Origin: an uncultured Actinomycetota bacterium
GTDB lineage: Bacteria > Actinomycetota > Actinomycetes > JAFAQI01
Length of the DNA: 64,000 nt
Direction: 5' to 3'
NCBI GenBank assembly: GCA_963770565.1
Contig: CAVYQE010000002.1
Coordinates: 416,001 to 480,000 of the forward strand
Shown here one piece after another: positions 19,462-29,092 of the stretch (the first letter of the stretch is position 1; the number at the start of each line of letters is the position of its first letter). Below the pieces are notes generated by a model that was given only the letters and a program-made list of their open reading frames with translations, had not been told where the DNA came from and searched no databases. The translations under genes and the position numbers were made by a program.

Positions 19462-19497
19462 GGGAACGAGCGCCAGTTTCCGATTCGGCCTGCGGGC

Positions 19498-19514
19498 GTT
19501 CACTCGTGGTTCAT
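19498..19514 (+). promoter_or_regulatory. PHO box upstream of pstS
   Basis: GTTCAC-N5-GTTCAT, 11-bp direct repeat. Confidence 0.75.
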
Positions 19515-19636
19515 GTGAAGTCGGTCAAAGGGTTGAATCCCCTCCATAGCGTCGGCAGGGTCGGCGCGGGTAGTCCCGCCGGCCGCGGCACCGGCTCGGG
19601 CCCATCGAGCCAGATCGCATCGGAGGTTTTGTCGTC

Positions 19637-20701
19637 GTGAAGGTTTCACTTGTCATGCGTACCGCGGGCGTCGCCACGGTCGCCGCACTCGGGCTTGCCG
19701 CCTGCGGTGGGGGCAGTGGGGGCAGCAGTGGGAGCAGCACGAGCCTGAGCCCTCAAGGATCGACCTTCCAGCAGTCGCTCGAGCAGCAGTGGGCCACGAA
19801 GTACCACGCCGCCCACTCGAGCGCACAGATCACCTACAGCGGCACCGGATCGAGCGCTGGCATCCAGCAGTTCACCTCGGGCAAGATCCCGTTCGCCGGC
19901 TCGGACGTGACCATGACCTCGCAGGAGCAGTCGCAGGCGAACTCCGCATGCGGCAGCACGGCGCTGACCATCCCGATCACCTCGGGCGGCGTCGCGATCA
20001 TGTACAACCTGCCCAGCGTGACCTCGCCACTGAACCTGTCCGCCGCAACCGTGGCCGGCATCTTCATGGGCAAGATCACCGCCTGGAACGACCCCCAGAT
20101 CGCTGCCGACAACCCCGGCGCGACGCTCCCCAGCACGCCGATCTCGGTCTACCACCGAGCCGACGGCTCCGGCACGACGGACGTGCTCTCCGGATTCCTG
20201 ACCGCGATCGCGCCGTCGGTGTGGACGCTCGGTGTTAACAAGGAGTTCAGCAGCTGGCCGACCGGCACCGGCGCGACCGGTTCCTCCGGCGTGGCCCAGG
20301 GCGTGAAGAGCACGGTGGGCGGCATCACCTACGCCGAGATCACCTACGCGCAGCAGGACAACCTGCAGACCGCGGCGATCAAGGGCGGGAGTGGCAGCTT
20401 CGTCAACATCTCGCCGGCGACCGTGGCGAAGTCGATCAACAGCGGCTTCTCGATCACCGGCACCGGCAACGACCTGGCCGGAAGCCTGTCGTTCACCAGC
20501 ATGACCGGCTATCCGATCTCGACGGTCTCCTACGTCCTGGTCTGCTCGAAGTACAAGAACAGCGGCGAGGGCACCTTGGTGAAGAACTACCTGACCTACG
20601 CCATCGGCGCCGGCCAGGGTGAGGCAGCAGCGCTCGGTTTCGCGCCACTGCCCGCGTCGCTCGACACCAAGGCAAAGGCCTCGGTGGCCTCGATCAGCTA
20701 G
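19637..20701 (+). CDS. pstS: Phosphate ABC transporter substrate-binding lipoprotein
   Basis: Lipobox LAAC; GSTF, GSSAG, FAGSD, RADGSGTT. Confidence 0.95.
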   Translation: MKVSLVMRTAGVATVAALGLAACGGGSGGSSGSSTSLSPQGSTFQQSLEQQWATKYHAAHSSAQITYSGTGSSAGIQQFTSGKIPFAGSDVTMTSQEQSQANSACGSTALTIPITSGGVAIMYNLPSVTSPLNLSAATVAGIFMGKITAWNDPQIAADNPGATLPSTPISVYHRADGSGTTDVLSGFLTAIAPSVWTLGVNKEFSSWPTGTGATGSSGVAQGVKSTVGGITYAEITYAQQDNLQTAAIKGGSGSFVNISPATVAKSINSGFSITGTGNDLAGSLSFTSMTGYPISTVSYVLVCSKYKNSGEGTLVKNYLTYAIGAGQGEAAALGFAPLPASLDTKAKASVASIS

Positions 20702-20720
20702 CGGGAGCCAATACGGCACC

Positions 20721-21710
20721 ATGAGCACCGTGGAAACGACGCTCGACACCACGTCGCTGCGCGCGAGCCAATCCGGCCGCCGCGGCGACGTGGTGTTCCG
20801 CGGTCTCACCCTGGCGGCCGGCTCGCTGGTTTTCGTCGTACTCGGAGCCATTGCGGTCTTCCTGGTGGTGAAGGCGGTGCCCTCACTTCGGGCCGACACC
20901 ACCAGCTTCTGGGCCACCAAGACCTGGTCGGCGTCGGTCGGCTCGGCGAGCTTCGGGATCGCCGCGCTGGTCTTCGGCACCGTGCTGACCAGCGTTCTCG
21001 CGCTGGTGATGGCGGTGCCGGTCGCACTCGGCGTCGCGATCTACACGACCGAGTACGCACCACGGCGGCTGTCGACGCTGCTCGGCTACGTCACGGACAT
21101 GCTGGCCGCAGTACCCAGCATCGTCTATGGCTTGTGGGGGCTCTACCTGCTGTTGCCACACCTGACCGGAGTGCAGAGCTTCCTGGCCAAGTACTTCGGC
21201 TGGATCCCGCTTTTCAACGACCCCGGCGGCCGGGCCGCGTTGTTCAGCAAGTCGATCTTCGGCGCCGCGGTCGTGCTGGCGATCATGATCCTGCCGATCG
21301 TCGCGGCGGTGAGCCGCGAGGTGCTCCGCCAGGTGGATCCGGCCCAGAAGGAGGCCGCGCTCGCACTCGGCGCCACCCGTTGGGAGATGGTCCGGCTCTC
21401 GGTCCTGCCCCCGAGCCGGCCCGGGATCATCAGCGCGACGATGCTCGGTCTCGGCCGCGCTCTCGGCGAGACGATCGCGGTCGCACTCGTCATCGGTGAC
21501 GCCTTCTCGATCAGCTGGAAGGTGCTGCCGTCCGGCGGCAACACGATCGCAGCCAATATCGCCAACCTGTTTGGCGACGCGGACTCGATCGGTCGCTCTG
21601 CGCTGATCGCGAGCGGGCTCGTGTTGTTCGTGCTCACCCTCGCGGTCAACCTGGCCGCCCGCTACATCATCCTTCGGTCCGGCACTGAAGAGCGGAGCTC
21701 GGCGGTATGA
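20721..21710 (+). CDS. pstC: Phosphate ABC transporter permease
   Basis: LAAVPSIVYGLWG, EAALALGATRWE, GLGRALGETIAV. Confidence 0.95.
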   Translation: MSTVETTLDTTSLRASQSGRRGDVVFRGLTLAAGSLVFVVLGAIAVFLVVKAVPSLRADTTSFWATKTWSASVGSASFGIAALVFGTVLTSVLALVMAVPVALGVAIYTTEYAPRRLSTLLGYVTDMLAAVPSIVYGLWGLYLLLPHLTGVQSFLAKYFGWIPLFNDPGGRAALFSKSIFGAAVVLAIMILPIVAAVSREVLRQVDPAQKEAALALGATRWEMVRLSVLPPSRPGIISATMLGLGRALGETIAVALVIGDAFSISWKVLPSGGNTIAANIANLFGDADSIGRSALIASGLVLFVLTLAVNLAARYIILRSGTEERSSAV

Positions 21711-22759
21711 GCGCGGCGACAGCCAGCGACCTCGGCGCCAGCGGGCTGCGCCAGGCCTCGCTGCCGCCGTGGGCCGTGGCGGCGACCACGATCGGCGCCA
21801 TCCTGGTGACGCTCCTGCTCTTCGCGGTGACCGGATTCCAGGGCGACGCGGACTTCCTGGTCGTGGCCACGCTGCTCGTGGTCGTCGCGGTCACCGTGAC
21901 CAGTTGGATCGTCGAAGGACGGCGGCGGGCGATCGACCGGATCGCCACCAACCTCGCCCTGGTTAGCTTGATCCTCACGGTGCTGCCGCTCTGCTACGTG
22001 ATCGGCTACGTGATCAAGCGCGGGCACGTCCGCTTCGGCTGGAGCTTCCTGACCGGCGATGCGAGCCTCGGCCCGTCGTCCCTGGGCGGTGGCATCGGGC
22101 ACGCGATCCTCGGCACCCTGGAGCAGGTGCTGATCGCCACGGCGTTCGCGCTGCCACTCGGTGTGCTGGTCGCGATCTTCATCACCGAGTACGGCGACAA
22201 CCGGATGGCCACCGCCGTACGGTTCCTCGTCGACGTCATGACCGGCATCCCGTCGATCGTCGCCGGGTTGTTCGTCCTCGCCTTCTGGATCATCGCGCTC
22301 AACCAGGGGTTCTCGGGCTTCGCGGCGTCGATCGCGCTCACGATCATCGAGCTGCCGATCGTGGTCCGGACATCCGAGGAGATGATCCGGCTGGTGCCGA
22401 TGGCGTTGCGCGAGGCGTCGTACGCCCTTGGCATCCCGAAGTGGAAGACCATCATGCGGGTCGTGCTGCCGGCCGCGTCGACCGGCATCACCACCGGCGT
22501 CATGCTCGCCGTCGCCCGGGTGATCGGCGAGACCGCGCCGGTCTTGCTAGTGGCCGGCAACAATTTCTTCTTCAATCGCAACCCGTTCAGCGGAGACCAG
22601 GCATCGTTGCCGGTCTACATCTTCCAGAACGCCCAGTCGCCGTCGGCCTTCAACGTCCAGCGGGCCTGGGCGGCGGCACTGACCCTCATACTTATCGTCG
22701 TGGTGCTCTACGTGGCGGCCCGGCTGCTGACCCGGCGCAACCAGCTGGCCGGGAGGTAA
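21707..22759 (+). CDS. pstA: Phosphate ABC transporter permease
   Basis: GIPSIVAGLF, LREASYALG, ARVIGETAP. Confidence 0.95.
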   Translation: MSAATASDLGASGLRQASLPPWAVAATTIGAILVTLLLFAVTGFQGDADFLVVATLLVVVAVTVTSWIVEGRRRAIDRIATNLALVSLILTVLPLCYVIGYVIKRGHVRFGWSFLTGDASLGPSSLGGGIGHAILGTLEQVLIATAFALPLGVLVAIFITEYGDNRMATAVRFLVDVMTGIPSIVAGLFVLAFWIIALNQGFSGFAASIALTIIELPIVVRTSEEMIRLVPMALREASYALGIPKWKTIMRVVLPAASTGITTGVMLAVARVIGETAPVLLVAGNNFFFNRNPFSGDQASLPVYIFQNAQSPSAFNVQRAWAAALTLILIVVVLYVAARLLTRRNQLAGR

Positions 22760-22765
22760 CCGCAG

Positions 22766-23542
22766 GTGTCCAAACGGATCGAGACCATCGACCTGTCCTG
22801 CCTCTACAACGGGGTCAAGGCGGTCGAGGGCGTCAGCATCACGATCGAACCTAAGAGCGTCACGGCGTTCATCGGGCCGAGCGGTTGCGGCAAGTCCACG
22901 TTCCTGCGCGCCCTCAACCGGATGCACGAGGTGGTCCCCCGGGCCACCATCGAAGGCCACGTGTTGCTTGACGACGAGGACATCTACGCGGCAGGGATCG
23001 ACGCCGCCGCGGTCCGCCGAACGATCGGCATGGTCTTCCAGAAGCCCAACCCGTTCCCGACCATGTCGATCTACGACAACGTCGCCGCCGGGCTCAAGCT
23101 CAACGGGCTGCGCAAGAAGGGCGACCTCGACGTCGCGGTCGAACGCTCGCTGCGCGGCGCGAACCTTTGGGAAGAGGTTCGCAACCGGCTCAACAAGCCG
23201 GGCATGAGCCTGTCCGGCGGCCAGCAGCAGCGACTGTGCATTGCTCGCGCGATCGCGGTCGAGCCGAAGGTGCTGCTGATGGACGAGCCGTGCAGCGCCC
23301 TCGACCCGATCTCCACCCTTGCGATCGAGGACCTGGTCACCGAGCTCAAGGACCGCTACACGATCGTGATCGTGACCCACAACATGCAGCAGGCCGCCCG
23401 GGTCTCGGATGTCACCGCGTTCTTCACCCTCAAGGGCCCCGGCGAGCCGGGCGTCCTGATTGAGGTCGACGCCACCCAGAAGATCTTCACCAATCCGACC
23501 GAGAAGCGCACCGAGGACTACATCACCGGCCGTTTCGGCTAG
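22766..23542 (+). CDS. pstB: Phosphate ABC transporter ATPase
   Basis: [41 protein letters not shown]. Confidence 0.97.
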   Translation: MSKRIETIDLSCLYNGVKAVEGVSITIEPKSVTAFIGPSGCGKSTFLRALNRMHEVVPRATIEGHVLLDDEDIYAAGIDAAAVRRTIGMVFQKPNPFPTMSIYDNVAAGLKLNGLRKKGDLDVAVERSLRGANLWEEVRNRLNKPGMSLSGGQQQRLCIARAIAVEPKVLLMDEPCSALDPISTLAIEDLVTELKDRYTIVIVTHNMQQAARVSDVTAFFTLKGPGEPGVLIEVDATQKIFTNPTEKRTEDYITGRFG

Positions 23543-23570
23543 CCGGCACGGTAGGCGCACACTGGTGGAC

Positions 23571-23855
23571 ATGGCGAGTGCGGGAGACGACCCGATCCTC
23601 GTCACTACCGCGCCCATGAGCCCGGCCGAGGAGCGCGACCGCCGCCAGCGTCGTTACCTGATCACTATGGGCGTCCGCGTCGTCGCGTTCGTCCTGGCGA
23701 TCTTCCTGACCTCCGGCTGGGTGCGGGTGGTCCTGATCGCGCTGGCGCTGGTATTGCCGTGGGTCGCGGTGATCCTGGCCAACGCCGGGCCGACGCGGCG
23801 GCCGCCCGAGACGCCCTCCCTGTACGCCGGCGAGAAACCCCGCGAGTTGACCTGA
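23571..23855 (+). CDS. DUF3099-like small membrane protein
   Basis: ITTA...R.RRYLITMGVRV...LPWVAVILAN. Confidence 0.8.
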   Translation: MASAGDDPILVTTAPMSPAEERDRRQRRYLITMGVRVVAFVLAIFLTSGWVRVVLIALALVLPWVAVILANAGPTRRPPETPSLYAGEKPRELT

Positions 23856-23874
23856 TCCTCGACCGGGCCGATGG

Positions 23875-24867
23875 CTATCGCAGCGCAAGCTGGGTCAGTC
23901 CGAACACTCCGGCCGCCATCAGCCCGGCCGCCGGTAGCGTCAGCACCCAGGCCAACAGGATGTTTCCAGCAACTCCCCACCTCACCGCGGACAGCTTGCG
24001 GGTGGCCCCGACTCCCATGACCGACGACGTGATGACGTGTGTGGTCGAGATCGGTGCGGCGTAGACATACGCGGTGGTGAGCAGGACGGCGGACGCGACC
24101 GACTGCGCGACGAAGCCCGAGGTGTTGTCGAGCTTGAACACCCGCCGACCGAGCGTGCGCATGATCCGCCAGCCACCCGACGCCGTACCGGCACTGATTG
24201 CGATCGCGCACGCGAACTTCACCCAGAGCGGCACCATGAACACCGACAGGTGGTGAGTGACAACAAGGGCAAGGGCGATCACGCCCATCGTCTTCTGCGC
24301 GTCCTGCAGCCCGTGGCCGAACGCCATCGCCGCAGACGAGCCCCACTGGCCGATCCGAAAGCCGACGTTGGCATCGCGCGGGTTAGCGCGGCGCATCAGC
24401 CACAGCACCGCGATCATCACCACGAAGGCGAGGGCGAAGCCGACCACCGGCGACAGCACCATCGGGATGATGACCTTCTGGATCACCGCGTGCCACTTCA
24501 CGTGACCGCTCGACGCGATCGCGGCCCCGCACAACCCGCCGATCAAGGCGTGCGACGACGACGACGGCAGGCCGAAGTACCAGGTGATGAGATTCCAGAT
24601 CGTCGCGCCGACCACGGCGGCGAAGACCACGGTGAGACCTTCGGTGGTGTCCGGCGCCGAGATGATGCCGCCGACTGTGTTGGCGACCTTGGTCGACACC
24701 AGCGAGCCGAGGAGGTTGAAGACTGCGGCCAGGGTGAGCGCGGCCCGCGGGCTCAGTGCTCGAGTCGACACCGAGGTTGCGATGGCGTTCGCCGCGTCGT
24801 GGAAACCGTTCGTGTAGTCGAATCCGAGGGCGACAATGATCAACACGACCAACCCGAGGGTCTCCAC
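23875..24867 (-). CDS. Inorganic phosphate transporter, PiT family
   Basis: NGFHDAANAIAT, GLPSSSSHALIGG, PISTTH. Confidence 0.93.
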   Translation of the reverse strand: METLGLVVLIIVALGFDYTNGFHDAANAIATSVSTRALSPRAALTLAAVFNLLGSLVSTKVANTVGGIISAPDTTEGLTVVFAAVVGATIWNLITWYFGLPSSSSHALIGGLCGAAIASSGHVKWHAVIQKVIIPMVLSPVVGFALAFVVMIAVLWLMRRANPRDANVGFRIGQWGSSAAMAFGHGLQDAQKTMGVIALALVVTHHLSVFMVPLWVKFACAIAISAGTASGGWRIMRTLGRRVFKLDNTSGFVAQSVASAVLLTTAYVYAAPISTTHVITSSVMGVGATRKLSAVRWGVAGNILLAWVLTLPAAGLMAAGVFGLTQLALR

Positions 24868-24875
24868 GGTTGGTC

Positions 24876-25496
24876 TCAGGACTCCTTGACGGCGATGGTC
24901 TCGACGGTGTTGGCGACGTTCTCCAGTGCGTCGGCTGCACCTTCGAGCTGCTCAGCGACCTCCTTCATCTTCATCACGGTCAGTGCGTCGTACTCGCCGC
25001 CGAACAGCCGGGCGAGAAACCGGCGGTAGAGCTTGTCGGCATCGTCCTCGAGCCGGTTGATGTCGATCCAGTAGTCGCTGAGGTTGGTCAGCGACCGCAG
25101 GCGCGGCATCGCCCCCGCGGTCAGCTCGGCGCCGCGCACCAGGATCTCGGCCATCCGATGCATCTCAGGAGGCAGGATGTCGAGGTCGTAGAGGACCACC
25201 AGGTCGCCGGCGGCCTCGATGAAGTCCAGGACGTCGTCGAGGCGGCCTGCCAGCCGGTAGATGTCCTCCCGGTCGAACGGGGTGACGAAGGTCGAGTTGA
25301 CCTCGCGCAGGATGGCGTGAGTTCGGTCGTCTCCGACGTGCTCGAGGTCGCGCAGCTCCTTTGCCAGCACCGGCCGGGCACCCGGCGTCGCACTGACCAG
25401 CGACTCGAGCGTGTGAGCACCCTCGAGCAGGTTGTTCGCCGCGGCGGTGAAGAGCTCATAGAAGACGTTCGAGCGGGGCGTCAGCCGAAGGCGCAC
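24876..25496 (-). CDS. DUF47 Pit accessory protein (PhoU-like)
   Basis: EHVGD...TFVTPFDREDI...LDDVLD. Confidence 0.92.
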   Translation of the reverse strand: MRLRLTPRSNVFYELFTAAANNLLEGAHTLESLVSATPGARPVLAKELRDLEHVGDDRTHAILREVNSTFVTPFDREDIYRLAGRLDDVLDFIEAAGDLVVLYDLDILPPEMHRMAEILVRGAELTAGAMPRLRSLTNLSDYWIDINRLEDDADKLYRRFLARLFGGEYDALTVMKMKEVAEQLEGAADALENVANTVETIAVKES

Positions 25497-25503
25497 GGCC
25501 AAC

Positions 25504-25544
25504 ACCCTAGAGGTAGGTGAAGGCCGGGTGAACGCCAGATGAAC
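25504..25544 (-). promoter_or_regulatory. Triple PHO box plus -10 element for DUF47-pit
   Basis: Minus strand GTTCAT, GTTCAC, CTTCAC at exact 11-bp spacing, then TAGGGT (-10) just before the GTG start. Confidence 0.75.
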
Positions 25545-25546
25545 CG

Positions 25547-26314
25547 CTAGGCCCTATCGGGCTTCGCGGTTGCCAGGCCCAAGCGGGTGGCGAGCTCGGC
25601 CCACAACCCCCGGTACGCCGCTGCGCCTGCGCTCTCCGGGGAGGTCGCGACGATCGGCCGACGGCGCTGTGCCATTCGCTCGATCAGCGCGCTGTTCGGG
25701 ACGACGGTCCTGGCCACGTCGGCGTACCGGCCGTGCAACAGGTCGACCACATCGCGATGCAGCGCCCGGCGGCGCTCGACCATCGACAGGAACGCCATCA
25801 CGTCGACGTCGCTGCCGGTGTGGGTCGCCAGGTCGACGACCTGGTCGAGGGTCCGCAACGACAACGGCGACGGCACAATCGGCACCAGGACGACGTCCGC
25901 GGCGTGCACGATGTTGGCGGACAGCAGTGACAACCCGGCCGGGCAGTCGAGGATCACCAGGTCGTAGTCCGCGGCGAACCCGGCCAGCACCTTGGCGACC
26001 CGGTGCTCGCTGCGCTTCATGGCGTTGAGATCGACATCGGTCGACGCGTACGACGTATCCGCAGGAAGCAGATCGAGGCCGGGATCCGCCGTCTCGCGGA
26101 TCGCGCGGGCGGCATCGCTCTTGCCTTGCAGCAGCCGCCGGCTGCCGCCCTTTACCTTGGTCCGGCCACGCAGCAGGAAGGTCGCACCGGCCTGCGAGTC
26201 GAGGTCCCACAACAGGGTCCGGTGACCGTCGCGGGCGGCCAACCAGGCGAGGTTGACGGCGGCAGCGGTCTTGCCCACGCCGCCCTTGACGGCGTAGCAC
26301 GCGACAACCTTCAT
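25547..26314 (-). CDS. ParA/MinD (Soj-like) ATPase
   Basis: KGGVGKT deviant Walker A, WDLDSQ, LDCPAG. Confidence 0.9.
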   Translation of the reverse strand: MKVVACYAVKGGVGKTAAAVNLAWLAARDGHRTLLWDLDSQAGATFLLRGRTKVKGGSRRLLQGKSDAARAIRETADPGLDLLPADTSYASTDVDLNAMKRSEHRVAKVLAGFAADYDLVILDCPAGLSLLSANIVHAADVVLVPIVPSPLSLRTLDQVVDLATHTGSDVDVMAFLSMVERRRALHRDVVDLLHGRYADVARTVVPNSALIERMAQRRRPIVATSPESAGAAAYRGLWAELATRLGLATAKPDRA

Positions 26315-26415
26315 GTGCTGCATCGTCTCAGTAGCGGCCGTACACCCCAAACACCAGCGGTGAGTAACACTGGTGGCATCGAAGCGGTTCGTCGATTTCG
26401 CCTGAGGAGTCAGCC

Positions 26416-27630
26416 TTGACCGACTTTTCGCTGGATCTCACCGAGGACCAGATCACGCTGCGCAAGTGGCTGCACGACTTCGCCGCCGACGTGATCCGGC
26501 CGGCTGCGCACGAGTGGGACGAGCGCGAGGAGACGCCCTGGCCGGTGATCAAGGAGGCGGCGAAGGTCGGCATCTACTCGCTCGACTTCATGGCCCAGCA
26601 GTGGTTCGACGCGACCGGGCTCGGCATGGTCATCGCCCAGGAGGAGCTGTTCTGGGGCGATGCCGGCATCGGGCTCTCGCTGATGGGCACCGGGCTCGCG
26701 GCGGCGGCGGTCAGCGCCAACGGCACCCAGGAGCAGATCGGCGAGTTCGTCACAGCGATGTACGGAACCCCGGACGACCCTAAGCTCGGCGCCTTCTGCT
26801 CCTCCGAGCCCGACGCCGGCAGCGACGTCGGCGCGATGAAGACCCGCGCGGTCTACCTCGAGGCCAGCGACGAATGGGTCATCAACGGCACCAAGACCTG
26901 GGCGACCAACGGCGGCATCGCGGACTGGCACGTCGTGGTCGCGAGCGTCGACCCCTCGCTCGGCACCCGCGGCCAGGCCTCCTTCGCGATCCCGCCCGGC
27001 ACGAAGGGTCTGAGCCAGGGACAGAAGTTCAAGAAGCACGGCATCCGCGCCTCGCATACCGCCGAAGTGGTACTCGATGACATTCACCTTCCGGGCAGGT
27101 TTCTGTTGGGTGGCAAGGAGAAGCTCGATGATCGGTTGCATCGGGCCCGCGACGGGATCAGGGGCCACTCGCAACCATCGATGGCGACGTTCGAACGCAC
27201 CCGGCCGACCGTCGGCGCACAAGCGGTCGGCATCGCGCGAGCCGCGTACGAGGTTGCACTGGACTACGCGAAGGAACGCGAGCAGTTCGGGCGGCCGATC
27301 ATCGAGAACCAGGGCATCGCCTTCAAGCTCGCGGACATGAAAGTCCGGATCGATGCGTCCCGCTTGCTGGTCTGGCGCGCCGCCTGGATGGCCAGGCAGG
27401 GCAAGGAGTTCGTCGCGGCCGAGGGCTCGCAGTGCAAGCTGTTCGCCGGTGAGACTGCGGTGTGGGTGACCGAGCAGGCGATCCAGATCCTCGGCGGCAA
27501 CGGCTACACCCGCGAATACCCCGTCGAGCGGATGCACCGCGACGCCAAGATCTACACGATCTTCGAGGGCACCTCGGAGATCCAGCGCCTGGTCATCGCC
27601 CGAGCAATCAGCGGTGTCCACATCAACTAG
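26416..27630 (+). CDS. Acyl-CoA dehydrogenase
   Basis: [32 protein letters not shown]...YPVER..RDAKI..IFEGT. Confidence 0.95.
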   Translation: MTDFSLDLTEDQITLRKWLHDFAADVIRPAAHEWDEREETPWPVIKEAAKVGIYSLDFMAQQWFDATGLGMVIAQEELFWGDAGIGLSLMGTGLAAAAVSANGTQEQIGEFVTAMYGTPDDPKLGAFCSSEPDAGSDVGAMKTRAVYLEASDEWVINGTKTWATNGGIADWHVVVASVDPSLGTRGQASFAIPPGTKGLSQGQKFKKHGIRASHTAEVVLDDIHLPGRFLLGGKEKLDDRLHRARDGIRGHSQPSMATFERTRPTVGAQAVGIARAAYEVALDYAKEREQFGRPIIENQGIAFKLADMKVRIDASRLLVWRAAWMARQGKEFVAAEGSQCKLFAGETAVWVTEQAIQILGGNGYTREYPVERMHRDAKIYTIFEGTSEIQRLVIARAISGVHIN

Positions 27631-27840
27631 CTGTGCGCAGGCCGCAGACGAGGCGCCCGTGACGATCGAGGTCGGGCAAAGGCCGGGCGTGTGTCGGCCC
27701 GGGTCCTGGCCGGATTCGTTGGGCTGGAACGAAAACACCTTGCTGATTCCCGGCTGACCCTCAGCGTTCTCGGAGCCTTGCTCGGCACCTTGGGTGGCAA
27801 GCCCGGGACAGCCCTGGGCGCACCCGAAAGGAAGCCAGCA

Positions 27841-28353
27841 ATGCCCAAATACCCTTCCCTCGCCCGCAAGTCCCTGGTGGTCGGCGCCCTCGTGGTCGGC
27901 ACCACCGCGGGAGCTGCCGGCATCGCGGCGGCCGCCACCGGCGGCTCACCATCAAGCTCGTCGCACTCGACCGCCCCGTCCAGCGGCTATGGCACCCAAC
28001 CCCAGGGCGGCTCGGGCGCCCCGGGCAACCCCGCAACCATGACGCACGGACCCAACGAGACCCTTCTCAGCGGGACGAGCCTGCAGAAGGCCGATGCGGC
28101 CGCCACCGCGGCCGAACCGGGCGCCACCGTGGTCCGGGCTGAGACCGACTCGTCGGGCAAGGGCACCTATGAGGTGCACATGAAGAAGACCGATGGCAGC
28201 TACGTCACTGTGTACCTCGACTCCAACGACAAGGTGACCAGCACGGCCAGCGGTTTCGGTGGTGGCCCGGCCGGCCAGCGTGCTCCGAGTGGCAGCCAGC
28301 CGCCGGCCAATGGCCAGGCACCTGGCAGCAACCCATCCTCGGCAACTGCCTGA
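27841..28353 (+). CDS. Secreted PepSY-like protein
   Basis: Signal peptide; AAEPGATVVRAETD...YEVHMKKTDGS.VTV.LD; GAAAGGAAG RBS. Confidence 0.7.
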   Translation: MPKYPSLARKSLVVGALVVGTTAGAAGIAAAATGGSPSSSSHSTAPSSGYGTQPQGGSGAPGNPATMTHGPNETLLSGTSLQKADAAATAAEPGATVVRAETDSSGKGTYEVHMKKTDGSYVTVYLDSNDKVTSTASGFGGGPAGQRAPSGSQPPANGQAPGSNPSSATA

Positions 28354-28362
28354 CCTGAGCCG

Positions 28363-28395
28363 TCGGGTGCTTCCACCTCTTTGGGAGCACCCGAC
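28363..28395. terminator. Hairpin between convergent genes
   Basis: GTCGGGTGCTTCC...GGGAGCACCCGAC stem. Confidence 0.55.
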
Positions 28396-28429
28396 ACCGG
28401 CCCGATCCGCCTCTAGGCCGACCGGGGCA

Positions 28430-29068
28430 CTAGCCCTTGTGCGAGCGCTGCCCGAACCACGCGACCGCGATGTCGACCCGGCCGACGATCTTGTAGACCC
28501 CGTGCATGCGCTTGCCTTTGCGGATCGTCCACGGCGAACTCGACTTGTCCACCGGGCCGACCAGGACGACCGAGAAGCCCTGGACCTCGTAGTTGATCCG
28601 CATGCCGTTGACCGTGCTGGTGGCGCCTTGAAGCAGGACCATGCGCTTGCCGCCGACCTGCACACCCCAGGGCAGCGTGGCCGGCGAACCGAACCCACCC
28701 GTGTTGTCATAGCCCTTGGTGACGTGCAGGCGGGTCACCTTGTGCGAGTACGGCGCCGGGAGGCAGTCGACGAACGCCTTGTTGCTCGTCACCCAGCACG
28801 GGTCGATCACGGCGTTGCCGGCGAAGCAGCGATAGGCGTTGCCGGTCGCCTCCGAGCCGGACAAGCAGTGCGCCCCGGTAAGCCGGTGCGTGACGGTGTA
28901 GCCGGATCGCAAGGCGCCGGTCGCGGTCACCGGCCGGACCCGGCTCACAACCGTGGGCGCGGTCGCGCGGGCAATCGGCCGATGCGCGGCCGCGCCGGCC
29001 GGCGAAGCGGCGAGCGCGAGCCCACCGACGGCGAGCAGGACGGTCACAAGGGCAGCTAGACGTCGCAT
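28430..29068 (-). CDS. Secreted Cys-containing hypothetical protein
   Basis: Signal peptide; C...AYRCF...DPCW...C pattern. Confidence 0.6.
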   Translation of the reverse strand: MRRLAALVTVLLAVGGLALAASPAGAAAHRPIARATAPTVVSRVRPVTATGALRSGYTVTHRLTGAHCLSGSEATGNAYRCFAGNAVIDPCWVTSNKAFVDCLPAPYSHKVTRLHVTKGYDNTGGFGSPATLPWGVQVGGKRMVLLQGATSTVNGMRINYEVQGFSVVLVGPVDKSSSPWTIRKGKRMHGVYKIVGRVDIAVAWFGQRSHKG

Positions 29069-29092
29069 CCGCTCACGATATGACCTGGAGCA

